In this document: one piece after another, positions 14,606 through 27,095 of the stretch | How the letters are laid out: the number at the start of each line of letters is the position of its first letter | How positions within the stretch are numbered: position 1 is the stretch's first letter | Origin: Octopus sinensis | Lineage: Eukaryota | Assembly (NCBI RefSeq): GCF_006345805.1 | Contig: NC_042998.1 | Location: forward strand, 161,076,001-161,140,000 | DNA: 64,000 nt | Direction of reading: 5' to 3' | Translations under genes and position numbers: made by a program | Notes under the pieces: model-generated | Told to the model about the DNA's origin: nothing | The model's database searches: none | Seen by the model: only the letters and a program-made list of their open reading frames with translations

Positions 14606-14955
14606 TTGGGGGAAATTTCGAACCTGGATTCTCATTCCTAAGGTATTTTTCAATGTTATTATTGTTATTATTATTATTATCATTATTATTATTATCATCA
14701 TCATTATTATTATTCAGGTCACTGCCTGGAATCGAACTCAGAATCTTGGGGTTAGTAGCCCGTGCTCTTAACCACTATGCCATATGCCCATGGCGTAGTA
14801 CGGGCTACTAACCCCAAGATTCCAAGTTCAATTCCAGGCAGTGACCTGAATAATAATAATAATAATGATAATAATAATAATAATAATAATAATATTAATA
14901 ACAACAACATCGAAAAATACCTTAGAGAAAGAGAATCCAGGTTCAAAATTTCCTC

Positions 14956-15000
14956 AAAACACCTGATGAAGGCTAGAGGGTATATCAGCCGAAACGTGTT
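14956..15000 (+). ncRNA. minimal type I hammerhead ribozyme motif (right arm, 3-nt deletion at cleavage site)
   Basis: aacac-CUGAUGA(14963-14969)-a-GGCU-agaggguauauc-AGCC-GAAAC(14991-14995)-guguu: perfect stem II and stem I aacac/guguu, but the triplet present in the left arm is missing. Confidence 0.7.
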
Positions 15001-15102
15001 AGCAACAAAAAGATGAGGACAAATATCCATCAAATGTGAATAATGTAAATAATGTACATAATTCCTCGTCTCTTAAATATAGAAACTGTTTTGTTTTATA
15101 TT

Positions 15103-15600
15103 GACTATTGGGGTTGACTAAAAAAATTCAATCTCTACTCTCTCCAATGCCACCATGAGCGTTACATCATTTGTGCGATGTGGAAAATATTCCATCAATA
15201 TTGCACAAATGATGTTGACATCAACATTAAAATCAACCCAGGACTTGGCTCCTGTGCTATCTGCCCACTACAAAAATTGAACTCAAGACACATTACGACA
15301 CAACTACTTTACCTCAACCAGTCTGGCTCTCTTTAATATTAAACCAAAATACATCGAAACAGAAACAGATCCCATAAAATTCAAAAGTTCTCTGGACAAA
15401 TTTCTCCAAAAACACCCAGACCAACCTCCTACACCCAGATATGTCTCCAACAATAATAACTCTTTGCTAGAGTGGGCCATGGTGTCCCATATATGACTGA
15501 GGTGTAAATCATGATCTAAAAGACTTCACCAGGTGGGTGATGCTATCAAATTAGACATGGCCTGGGCCTGTACTGGCTAAAACCTATCTAAGATCAATCA
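15103..15600 (+). mobile_element. 3' fragment of a CR1/L2-group LINE (ORF2 C-terminus plus 3' UTR)
   Basis: Translates DYWG*LKKFNLYSLQCHHERYIICAMWKIF...FKSSLDKFLQKHPDQPPTPRYVSNNNNSLLEW, matching the YWERLKxLxLYSLQRRRERY...LDKFL..PDQP...NSL..W C-terminus typical of invertebrate CR1-like LINEs. Confidence 0.8.
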
Positions 15601-15819
15601 TTAAATACAATCTTTATAAAATACTGTATTGGTAAACATAATAATTATATCTAATGATGGACATCTACATTCATACACACACACACACACAAAAATTCAT
15701 TTAAAACTGATACCATTTTTAAGTTTGTCTAATTTGAAACTACAGTGTATGTGTATGTACACAATAGCGTTCCAATTTTAGAGCAGGCTTCATCCCTGCA
15801 TGCTATAAGGTTTGAATAA

Positions 15820-15930
15820 CCGAGCTGGCAACAGGAAAGGCATCTAACTGTACAAACACTACCTCTGGGAAAACAATCCAATTCATGCCAGCATAGAAAA
15901 GCAGATGTAAAATGCTAATGATGAATGATG
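15820..15930 (+). mobile_element. retroposon 3' tail fragment (ggcaacaggaaaggcatc...catgccagcatagaaaagcagatgtaaaatg...gatg)
   Basis: The same tail recurs in degenerate form near 10000-10085, 39475-39525, 42110-42150 and 53970-54085. Confidence 0.6.
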
Positions 15931-16050
15931 CAAATGATCTATACCCTACCCCATAAACATATATATATATATATATAAAATATACATATAAATAAATGTA
16001 TCTATATCAGTCTATCTGTCTCTCTGTCTCTCTCTACACACACATGCATG

Positions 16051-16110
<60 letters not shown>

Positions 16111-16875
16111 AGCAGGTGCTAAACAAGATAACAATTTAAAACTTGAGTCATTGACTCAATAGATTTTATTAAAAACCAAAGTGCAGCTGCACTAATTAAA
16201 GCACAAACAAAATCTTAGTTCAGTCGAGGAATAGGAAACCATACATCTTAATACTGAGCTCAATAACAATTATTGATGATTGTGAATTAAGTCAAGACAT
16301 TATATCTTCAAACTATTCAATGTGAACATACACACATTCAAAATATATTGTGTGAGTGTGTGTGTTTCTGTATTCAGCATTTTTTATGAAACACATTCTG
16401 TTGACAAACAAAATAAAGTCAGTCATAAACAAACAAAATTCTTCCTTCAGAAATTGTGTTTTTTGTATTCTAAAAATATGTGTATGTGTGATTGCGTGCA
16501 TATATATATATATATTATATATAAAGAGAAATAAAGAAAGAAAGAGAGAGAGAGATGTGTTTATGTGTGTGTGACACATACATGCACACAAACACACTCA
16601 TCGAGTATGAGAAATAAGCATGTAAAAATGTATGCAGTTCACTGTGTTTTCATGATATACACAAAAGACTATATTTAATCCATTTTTAAGAACTGCATAG
16701 GTGTTTGACATAAGTAAGACAATACCATATATGTGTGTTGTATGTATAATATATGTACATATCTGTGTGTGTGTATACACTATATATAAAAATATAATAT
16801 ATATATATAAATATGTATAATATACATTATATATAGATAAATACACACACACATATATATGTATGTGTGTATATA

Positions 16876-16906
<31 letters not shown>

Positions 16907-17531
16907 AAATAATAATATATAATGCTTACATTAGAGCAATGATGGCAGCACTTCATCACGTTGTCAAGTCATGGACACTAAGTATTGCCATGCTATTTCT
17001 TTTGTACAATTTCTTTTTGTACAATTCAATATTTGTTGAAGGATAAAAAATCCAGGCAGCAACTAATATCCCATTATGTTTATAGAGAAGAAATCATAAA
17101 ATTAGATTGACAAAGGGGACAAAAATATCTGGTATTGAAAACCACACAGTCTGTTATGGTATTACTAGAAGTTGGCGTCTTAGTAATTACTAATCAAATA
17201 ACTACATGCATGTGAAATGATTTAGGAGTGTATATAAGACAGGAATTCCATAGAATTTTATACAATATTTAGCAGGATATATTTGAAATAAATATCAAAT
17301 ATAAGGCTTTATGAAGAAATGAAAAAATATAAAAATGAAATTGATGAGAAGGAAATGAATATAAATAAAAGTTACAACTTATAATGAAGATGCCAGATAT
17401 GCTAAATATATGAAAAATAATTTTTGAAGAATTTCTTTTTATAAATCATAGCAAATTCTTTGTTCACAGAGTAATTCAAAAATTCTATGAGGTATTTCTC
17501 TGAATTATTCTATCAATAAGTGTTTCATTCA

Positions 17532-17595
<64 letters not shown>

Positions 17596-17616
17596 ATGAT
17601 GATGATGACGATGATG

Positions 17617-17662
<46 letters not shown>

Positions 17663-19530
17663 TGTGTGTGTGTGTATGTATGTATGTATAAACATAAATA
17701 ACATATGTGGAATTTTGAAAAAAGAGAAAAAAGAATATCTTCTGGTGAAAGTTTATAATTGGTATGAGGACAAAAGAGATAAACAGTTATTCATTAACCA
17801 CTACTAATGTGAAATCTAAAGAATTCTACTTGAATAAGAGCACATGTTCATAGATATTATAATAATGATATATGACAAGGGTAAAAAAACATGAAATGAC
17901 AACTAAATATTTATTAGATTAAATATTTCAATAAAATCTTATAAATAGTTTGCATATAAATAAACGAAATTTATTACTTTAATTGAACTTAACAAAAACT
18001 GGAAGATAAAAGTTGAATAATTTAGGAAATAACTTAAAAAAGAACAAAACAGAAAACAAAAGCAATAGTATGTGTGTGTGTATGTATGTATATATATTGA
18101 GATAAACAGTTTCCATAAGAATGTGTCACCTTTGTTTCCTTAACGAAATATGTATTTAAACAAACTTTCCAAAATATGAAGACAGTTACTCTAAGCAAAA
18201 TGATGATGGAAAATGTATCTAACCTAATATGGTTTAGATTAATATCTAAACCATATTAATCTAACTTATCAATTAATCTATTAATTAATCTAACATATTA
18301 ATTCTAACTGGTTGCTATACTTTGAGCTTTTTTCTGAATCAAATAGAATTTGTCGGGAAAATTTTATTTAATCTAAGCAAAAAAGTTTTTTTTAAAAGTC
18401 AAATTTCATCGTTGCATTCATAAATTTGTAGTACTAAGTAAAACAATAGTTTTAAAAAAATAATTTTTACCATAATACATCTACAAAAGTAACCTACAAC
18501 TCTTTTTAATTGGTCATTTATGGAACAAATAATCTTAATATATGAGCTGTATGAAATAAAATAGATTAAAGATTTCATTAAACTCTTTACCTAAATTTTG
18601 ACCAAACATTAAATAACATTAAATAACAAGAAATATACTGCTTATTTTGAGCTAATCTCATAAGTTATAAGGCAGATCTGAAAAAAAAATAAATGTAAAG
18701 GTATACAAATGTATTTCAATTGGTACAGTTATTCTATTGTTACATCATAGACATTTTCTCAATTTCATTTCATAAATTACATTGTACACTTAATAAACTG
18801 TGTTAAGGAACTCACTGCATCTATTAATTTTAAGATTTATAATATACTCTTTAGAATAAATCAAACAAAATAGCAAAAGTAAAGCTTTATATTTTTGCTT
18901 AAGTAACTATTTACAGGAAACCTCTGACAAGGAAGGTAATTTAGAGTGAAGAAGCAAATCCCAGCACCACCAGATATGGTGTTGAGGTAACAAAGAAAGC
19001 CCCCAAAATCAGGGAGGAGAGGAATGTGTGAGAAAATAAAGGAAACACTTATGTGTTACACGTAAATAAATTATTGGATAAAATAACAGGAAACAAGAGT
19101 AGAAGAAGTTGCCAAATGCGTCAAAGAGAGAAAATGTAAGGGATAAAGATTTTGAGATTATAAACTATACAATAAAACTAAACAAAAATGTGTATATATG
19201 TAAGTACACACACACTCAACAATCAAAACATGCTAGCATCTAAAGGCAGTGAAAAAGGAGAAGCTGGTTACTATGTAAATGGTTTCAAGAACTGGATGGT
19301 AAGATGACAAAAAAGTGTTCGACTTTACATTTTGAGTTGAAATTGTGACATATCATCATAAAGGACAGAACAGGTCATCTTATGTTTTCATCCCTCCAAA
19401 ATTAGTAAAATAAATACTAGCCATATACTGATAATATACTCCTTTAGTAAATGTGTGATCCTGTGCTAGTGTTACACATTCTTATATGCACTATTGCATA
19501 TGTATATACAAATACATAACATGGATATTT

Positions 19531-19775
19531 GTGGAGGTGCTTGGCCTATTGTTTAACATGTTGTACTCATGACTGTAAGATTGTAGTTTTGATTCCTGGA
19601 CCAGGTGATGCATTGTGTTTTTGAGCAAAACACTTCATTTCATGTTACTCCAGTCTACTCAGCTGGCAAAAATGAGTAATCCTTTGATGGACTGTGTTCC
19701 ATCCAGAGGGTAAAATATATGCCACAAAATCTGGGAAACCAGATATATGAGCCTACAACTTGGGAAGGGTCTTTG
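19531..19775 (+). mobile_element. tRNA-derived SINE, family C
   Basis: Head gtggaggtgcttggcctattg...gttttgattcc, middle ttgagcaaaacacttcatttc..ctccagtctactcagctggcaaaaatgagt, tail gatggact..ccatccag..gggaaacc..atgagcct. Confidence 0.8.
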
Positions 19776-20619
19776 CTTATTTTCTTTTTTTATATGGATA
19801 TGTACATATGTATATGAATATAAACATATCCATGAAATATAATTTAAATGCTTATATTATCTAAATAATTTTTTAAAAGAATTTTAGAACTATGTTCTTC
19901 TATGTATCTGGCAATTGTTAAATAAACATGACTGCATTTGTTTTATCAGACTCAAAGACAGTTTGAAATAAAAATGCTGTCTGGTTTGGAAACTGTTTGA
20001 GAAATGTAAATTGCTAATGCCTTAGGCAAGCCCTTCAAAACAGTAAAGGTGACTTTATTTGCTATTGAGAAAAGGAGTTGTTGAAATTTAATACTCTAAA
20101 AGTAATGCAAACAATTGCTATATAAATGGTGTAGTAATAATCCTGGCATGCTGACAAACAACACTCAGACCATTCTTGTGAATTATTTGGGTAGGCCAGA
20201 TTATGTTATGAATTTTAAATTCTGTCACCTAGGAGTCGTAATCAGAGAGTATAAATAGGAATAGATATGTAATTAGGGTTCATAAGAGGAGATATGCTTT
20301 AGATGTATTTACTGCTGCTGACACCAAATTGATTCTGACAGCATAACAAACATTGGTGCATATATCAAGCATGTCATTCAATATGGCAATGAAATAAAAA
20401 GATGCTAAGGTGAACAGTCTTTTGCAATATAGACAAGATAGGGAGATAAATGCAAAAAATACATACACACAAATGCTTAGTTTAATGTGTGTGTGTGTGT
20501 GTGTATGTGTGTGTATACACACACACATATATATATGAACATTTGTTTCTCTACCAGGTGATTCCAGACTCAATCACACAATACAGCACATTGGGCAAAA
20601 ACTTTTAAAACAGTGCTTT

Positions 20620-20815
20620 AATATGCTAGAAATAGCAACTAACATATAAGAAGAGGCAGTCAAAATCAGATCAAATTACACTCTACAACTTTCAAAATGG
20701 AAGAATATGTTACGAGTGTATTTCCTGATATACAAAATACATGGAAGGTCACAGCTGGAAGGGTTTCATTATAGGACTTCTCAATCAGAGCTGACCTGGG
20801 ATTCAACAACAAGTA
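20620..20815 (-). mobile_element. interspersed repeat family E
   Basis: Reverse complement of the repeat at 22435-22640 (gctagaaatagca...ggtcacagctggaa...tcagagctgacctggg). Strand is relative only. Confidence 0.65.
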
Positions 20816-21331
20816 ACATTGTTTCAAGACAATGAGGAATCCTTTATTTCAGTGATTTTTCAATCCTTCCCTTGCTATTTCCACTCTTGGCTTGATGTAA
20901 AAGCCCACACCAGAGCCAAAGTGCTATCTTTATGATAGTATGTTAGTGCATGTGTAAGTGTATGCAGGCATGTATATGTGTATGTACTGGTGTGTACGCA
21001 GACATACATGCATATATATCAGGTTCCTTTGTGAGTTCTACTGGTAACATGCAATCCAGTTCATGCTGCATGGTTCGGTCAACAATGACTAAACTGGCAA
21101 TCTCACCGAGTTAACCTGGTAAAAAAGGTTGCTAAAACCACAGCAGAGTGAAAACAATCCTGCTAAAAGGTTACATGAATCCAATGTAAAGTTAAAGACT
21201 AGCTGTAGTGTCAGGTATTAGAATTTCTAGGCTGGTTGTCTAAAGTGCTATAAAACCATTGGGAGTCAAGCAACCCAAACTTTAATATTATGTCTCTAGA
21301 AGACATTTTAGTTATAAAGCCTGTTAATATT

Positions 21332-21537
21332 GATTTCAAATTTCGGCACAAGGCCAGCTGTTTCAAGGGAAGTTGATTACATCAATCCCAATGTTCATCT
21401 GGTACTTATTTATTGATCCCAGTAGGATGAAAGGCAAAGCCAACCTAGGCAGAATTTGAACTCAGAATGTAAAGACGGATGAAATATCACTAAGCATTTT
21501 GCTTGGCGTGCTAAAAATTCAGCCAGCCCACTGCCTT
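21332..21537 (-). mobile_element. tRNA-derived SINE, family A (near full length)
   Basis: Minus strand: aaggcagtgggctggctgaa...gcaaaatgcttag...ttctgagttcaaattc...ctttgcctttcatcct...aagtacca...ggccttgtgcc; homologous to 26760-26972. Confidence 0.85.
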
Positions 21538-22434
21538 AAAAACCTGCTTTTATTGCCCAGATTATATTTTGCTTCATCCTGTCATTGGGTCCCTTGATTT
21601 TGGTAATGGGAGCCTTTGTGGTTGTAACTTCAATTGTACACTGGAATTGCTGACAACATATTTTCTAATCATCAGTGGTGGGCATACTTGTTCAATGAGT
21701 GGACAGCCATTGCACATATATATATATGCATTATGAATGTTTGTATGCATGCATGTATGTTTGTACAAATGTATGTGTGCTTACATGCATGTATGTGAAT
21801 GGATGTGTACCTTTTTTAAGTAGCTATGAAATTGTCCAAAGTGAATACATAAAGAGGTATACAAATATATGAAAGAGCCCGACTTTGATAATAGTTGAAG
21901 TAAAATCAGAACATAATTTTTAGATTATCTTACAAAATTTGGCACTGACAAATGAATAAAGTACCAACTTTAATGATATAGATGGCTATTCATTTGAATG
22001 GGTTAGAAAACATGGAGAAAAACCATCAAGATAACAAAAGGAGTTCTGCCAATGATGACAATGATGGTGGCAGTATGTATAAGCTAATATATTTTCACTA
22101 ATAATTTAATGCATGTGTGTGTGCGTATGTTATGTACAGACCCGAAAAGAAACAAGACATCATGCAGACAAAAAGTAAAATAAAATGAGATACAAAATTA
22201 ATATAATCTGGAATTATGAATTATCTTGGCCACAGAGATTACATAAAGAGTGAGGCATACAATGAATGACTGAATGAAACTCTAAAGCTTTTTGTTATAT
22301 AAAAATATGTAGCAGCATTTTCTTTAAGCATTTTTATTAATGGTAATTAAGTTACAATCTATATATGAAGATATTTTACAACAAAGAATTCTAATAACAA
22401 TGTATGATACCATTCTGTTTTTATCTATTGATGT

Positions 22435-22640
22435 TGTTAAGTTCCAAGATGACCCTGACTGAGTGGTGCTACCACCAAAAGCATTCTAGCCTTGAGCATC
22501 CCACCCTTTTTCAGAAATTATGTATCCCAGACTACATTAGCCAATATGTCCTTTTTTTAAGATGGTGAGGTGTGATTTGGGGAGTTTGGCTGCTGCTATT
22601 TATAGCAGATCAAATTGCATAGGAGCTTCCTCATTTTGAC
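22435..22640 (+). mobile_element. interspersed repeat family E
   Basis: gaccctga..aaagcattctagcc..gactacattagccaat..aagatggtgaggtgtgatttg..ggctgctgctatttatagcag; related copies at 20620, 25905 and 31885. Confidence 0.65.
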
Positions 22641-25163
22641 ATTTAAATCTTGAAATAGTGAAAACTTCTGAGCAAGAGGTTCTTTAAATAAGTTTTTTGG
22701 ACTACTGGATTAATCATGATGCTTTTATTATTTCATATACCCTTAATAATAAATATTAGACAGATAAATGTATCAAATCCAGCTTGTATGTATACCAGTA
22801 AAACATTTAGATGTTTTACTGACTACTTAAAGATACTAGGATATTCTAGGGTGTTATAATTCCAACAATCCAAAGTATTTCAGTAGCACTGTGAGTAAAA
22901 CTTCTTTCAAGCTTCTAGAATTCAATTTTTAGGTACACCTTTTATTGTTTTTTTAAAAAGAAGAAATATGCCACAAAATTAATGATTTCTATCTTTAGCA
23001 TACAGCTAAAATACAGCTGGCAGCAGAATCTCATTAGTACTTATTTTGTAATTTTACCTCCAGAAGGATAAAAAGCAAAGTCAACTAGAGGGAAATCTGA
23101 ACTCAGAATGTAGAAGGACAGACATAATAAATTACTGCAAGTACAATAGAACTGACAATCCAATGCTAGGAAATATTCAATTGAATGATTTGGTATTTGA
23201 TAACTAAAAATTGACTATCAATCAACTAATGACATCACTCAAAAACCTGCTTTAAAAAGATAAAAAGCTGTTAAAGTATAAATGAATAAATAAATACTGA
23301 TGATGATTTCATGATTGAAATATTCTTTCAGTATAAAGATTTTAGCATTGGTTAAAAAAAAACCGCACCTAACTAGAAAAATATTTAGATACAACATAAT
23401 AAAATATAAATTAATTCAGATGCTTTTAATTATCCTTTAAACTAGTAATGTTTTAAAAATAATAAGTTAAATGGATCTGGCTGTGATGATGAAAAAAATA
23501 AAGATGGAAAAAAAACTGTTCTATAGAGAAGAAGCCAGTAAAAATTAATCTGGGAATTGGATGAATCCATTTAATTACTTATTTATTTCAATACGAACGA
23601 CCATGAGATTGATAGGTATATGATATTTCATTGATTTAATGCAATAAAACTATACTCAGTGCACGTTTGAAGACAACAAATATTGCATCTGAGAGAAATG
23701 CTTGTGACGGTTGCATTGGGCCAAATTGATTGATACACAGCAACTTGATTGAAAGGAAATGGAGATTTAAGTATGATTGGTGACAACCAGTTTGTATTCA
23801 TTTGAGTACTTCAGTAAACTGAAAGTTCAAAAGGTGACTGAAAAAAAATAATCATATTTAGTGATTTATAAAATTGTTTCTAGAAATATATAAACAAGAG
23901 GACAATGATCCTACAAACTTGAACTGTATTTTCTCTAGTTGCCAATCTTTAATTAAAACAAAATATAAAAAAATGGAAGGAAAAAAGGAATAATATTTAC
24001 GAACTAGAGGGGCAAAAGTGATATAACTGCCAAGAAGAAGAAATTAGCTATCAAAAAGCAATTTAGATGGTGGTCAGAGAATAAGATAGCTAATACTGTG
24101 AATTCCCTGAGTTTTGATTCAGCTATGACTCATGTTTGCAAAGTTGTAATTGTTTCATTTAGACCATTCATAGGACAAGACAAGTCAATGACAACTCAGG
24201 ATCTGAGTAGTAGTTATTTCTAATATGTTATTTGCAGACTAACATGAAGGCATAAAACAAATGAATGGTAAGCAAGCTTATTGAAATGAAGGAAACATTT
24301 ACCATTCCAAAACTCAATGAAGATAACATGATTTATAGGGAAAGATATAAATACTGGAATCTAGTACAATTGAAGAGAACAGCAATGAATTCCAATGGCA
24401 AACCTGACCATAACATGGGATTCTCTCATACACCAAAATATTACAGTTTAATTTGAATGACAAAGTATGCAGTTTTGGAGTAACTGGAAATGGTTATATT
24501 TTCGCCAATGTTTGTGTGAGTTAAAGTGAAACATTTGGATTATAGTTTCCAGTTGCTAAATGTTTATCACTGCCCTAATAGCCTGCCTCATCATTAATAA
24601 CTTTTTAGGTAGAGGATGAACCATATCAGGCTTATAGTGAGATGTGTTTCAGCCTTTCTTTCATAAAATTGTTAACAGCATAGATAAAACATATTCAACT
24701 TGGACTCCAAATTAGGACTTTACTGGGAATTTACCAACTCTGCAACAGGAATGAGTAAGGGCAATAAAGTAAATACAGTTTATTTATTTACTAGTATTTA
24801 TTTTACAGTTCCCAAATGAAAGACAAAGTCAATTTAGATGGTATAAAATGAACACAAGAATTGATGAACGAAACTAAACTCTGTGAAATATCTAGTCTGG
24901 TGTTCTACTAGTAGTGCCAACTTATAAAGCCCATAATGACATTTTTGCCTTCCAACTGTTGAGAGATAGCAAACTCTAAATAGCAATCAAGGTATCATAA
25001 TGTAACTAGTACAGGTCACAGCAAATCCTATTCTACAAAGGGTAAAACTAATAACTTTTACTAATTTAAGTAAAGAAGTTGAGAGCTTCATGCATTTCTC
25101 AGAAAGATAAGGGGACTAAAACAAGTAAACTATAAATCAGATTGCAGATGTTGCTTAAGTTTA

Positions 25164-25870
25164 TAAGGTCTGAACAAAAAATATTGGGACAGGTGCTATA
25201 AAAAGAAAACTACAACACAAATCAATTCAGCATTTAATCTCCCTTGAAGTCATACACTTTATCTAGTGTTGTTTCCATTGATGGAAGCATTCTTGGAACT
25301 CCTTCTTTGGGATAGCATGCAGATGCCTCATTGCATTCTCTTGGATTTCTTTGATGTTTTGAAATCTTTTCCCTTTCAAGTAAAATTTGATTTTTGGAAA
25401 AATTCTTGGCTGTAAATAGCCTTCAAGCTGTGTCGCTTTCCACACACATTTTCTCTGCCATGGGCACTGACGGAATCTCTGAGATGTAGTGAAATGACCA
25501 CACCATTCACACTTTACTTCCAAGTGGAAGTGAGCAAGAATGTTATAACTTAGTGTGCAGGTGTGACAGTTTAAGGCCAATCTGTGCCAAGAGGCTTCAC
25601 TCTGTGTACTTTAGCTCTGTAAACCTAGCAACAGTCCTGATACTTCTTGATCAGTTTTCATACCTACAGTCACCAAGACACTTCCTAAACACAAAGACAC
25701 GGTTTTCTGTGGAATGACTTTTGATATTGTGATATTGGAGCCTTTACCTGTTGACATTGGACACATAAGTGAAGTGAAATAGTTCTTATCAGGTTTTGAA
25801 ACCAAGTTGCAGAGTTGTCTTTCAGAAACTTAATTCCATCTATTGTTCTCCAGTTGCACCAGTACTTTTA
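25164..25870 (-). mobile_element. decayed mariner transposon
   Basis: Minus-strand FPKIKFYLKGKRFQNIKEIQENAMRHLHAIPKKEFQECFHQWKQH*IKC (25400-25250) is a mariner transposase C-terminus; TIR-like ta|taaggtctgaacaaaaaatattgggac at the left end. The right boundary is uncertain. Confidence 0.8.
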
Positions 25871-25904
25871 CTTTTAACAATAATGTTTCTCTACTGACAA
25901 TGAA

Positions 25905-26075
25905 TGCAGATGCTTAACCTGCAAGAAATAACAGCTACATCTCCCTCTAATCAGACTATAACATCTCAGAAAAGGATGGGCACTATAGATAATGTAGTCC
26001 TAGATATACTGTCTAAAAGAAGAGGAAAGACAAAATGGTCACAGCTAGACTTACTTTTGATCACAGTTCTAGCTG
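25905..26075 (-). mobile_element. interspersed repeat family E
   Basis: cctgcaagaaataacagc..gataatgtagtcctagatatac..atggtcacagctag is the reverse complement of the 22435-22640 repeat. Confidence 0.65.
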
Positions 26076-26759
26076 GAGCTAAATAATATTACTTCTTTAT
26101 ACAATATTACTTGTATTGATATTGTACAGCCTTAAATATAAAGAGGAAAGGAATGAAGTGTTGTGATATTCATTCACTCTCTCCATTTTATGAAAACATC
26201 ATGAGATGGCAAATGTTCAGCACATTATCCAACTGTCTTAAAATATGTTGATATATACTTCCTTAGCATATCAATGACCCTGACACAAGTATATTACAAG
26301 TACTTATTTTACAATTACACAGAAGAAGAAACATACTATATACTGATGATACACTGAATTAAACCACTTAAAGGAAGAGTATTTAAACTCTGAGAAACAC
26401 ATCACTCATACTTTTATTGTGGCCAATATTCATATTCCTCTCTGAAAATATAGCCTGGCATTCCTCAAAACACTTGACTATCACTCATTTGAAAACATCA
26501 AATTAAGCCTTCTATCCTGCACAATAACAACATGGCAAATTAAGAAAAATTATCTTAAAAAATTAGAACATTTAGGAAGGATCTGTTCAGAAAAAGAACT
26601 ACCGTTAGCATATGTTATGTTTCTATTGTAAATTATTTCTGTAGGACCTCTCTCTCTCTATGTCTCTCTCTCTATGTCTCTCTCTCTATGTCTCTCTCTT
26701 TCTTTACACACACATGCACAAACACATGCACACACACACACACACACACACACATTTGA

Positions 26760-27095
26760 GCTAATCTAACAGAAAAGTTAGCATTCAAGGCAAAATGCTT
26801 AGCAGTATTTCATCTGTCTTTATGCTCTGAGTTCAAATTCCACGGAGGTTGACTTTGCCTTTAAGCCTTTCAGAGTTGATGAATTAAGTACCACTTGCGT
26901 AGTGAGGTCGATCTAATCGACTGGCCCCCTCCCCAAAAATTACGGGCCTTTTGCCTAGACTAGAAAAGAATATGTTTACAGAGCAAAAACAGTGGTAAGC
27001 TAGCAGAAACATTATTGCACTGGGATTCTATCTGTCTTTACAATAAGCTAGCCCCCTCCCCCGAACTTGCAGGCTTTGTACCAAAATTAGAAACC
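26760..27095 (+). mobile_element. tRNA-derived SINE, family A (full copy 26760-26972 plus deleted copy ~26990-27095)
   Basis: ggcaaaatgcttagcagtatttcatctgtctttatgctctgagttcaaattcc (B box) ..gttgactttgccttt..gatgaattaagtacca..gatctaatcgactggccccctcccc..gggccttttgcctag. Confidence 0.85.

Larger units (their letters stand above)
14508..15089. mobile_element. palindromic non-autonomous element: two divergent tRNA-head/(TAA)n/hammerhead units
   Basis: 14508-14789 is the reverse complement of ~14790-15051 (e.g. gatatttgtcctcatc / gatgaggacaaatatc; tcaggtcactgcctggaat / attccaggcagtgacctga; cttggggttagtagcccgt / acgggctactaaccccaag). Heads carry an A box (tggcatagtgg) and B box (gagttcgattcc). Confidence 0.9.

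Noticed and set aside
14716-14789. Possible tRNA gene
   Set aside because: A and B boxes are present but there is no proper acceptor stem; it is a SINE-type head attached to a repeat body.
14548-15033. Three ORFs with poly-Leu/poly-Asn, two of them similar to each other
   Set aside because: Products of the inverted repeat and its (TAA)n linker, not proteins.
15164-15215. Pre-miRNA-like hairpin (acatcatttgtgcgat...attgcacaaatgatgt) with a miR-92-like AUUGCAC seed
   Set aside because: It lies inside the in-frame LINE ORF2 remnant (ERYIICAMWKIFHQYCTND) and does not match miR-92 beyond the seed; needs small-RNA reads to revive.
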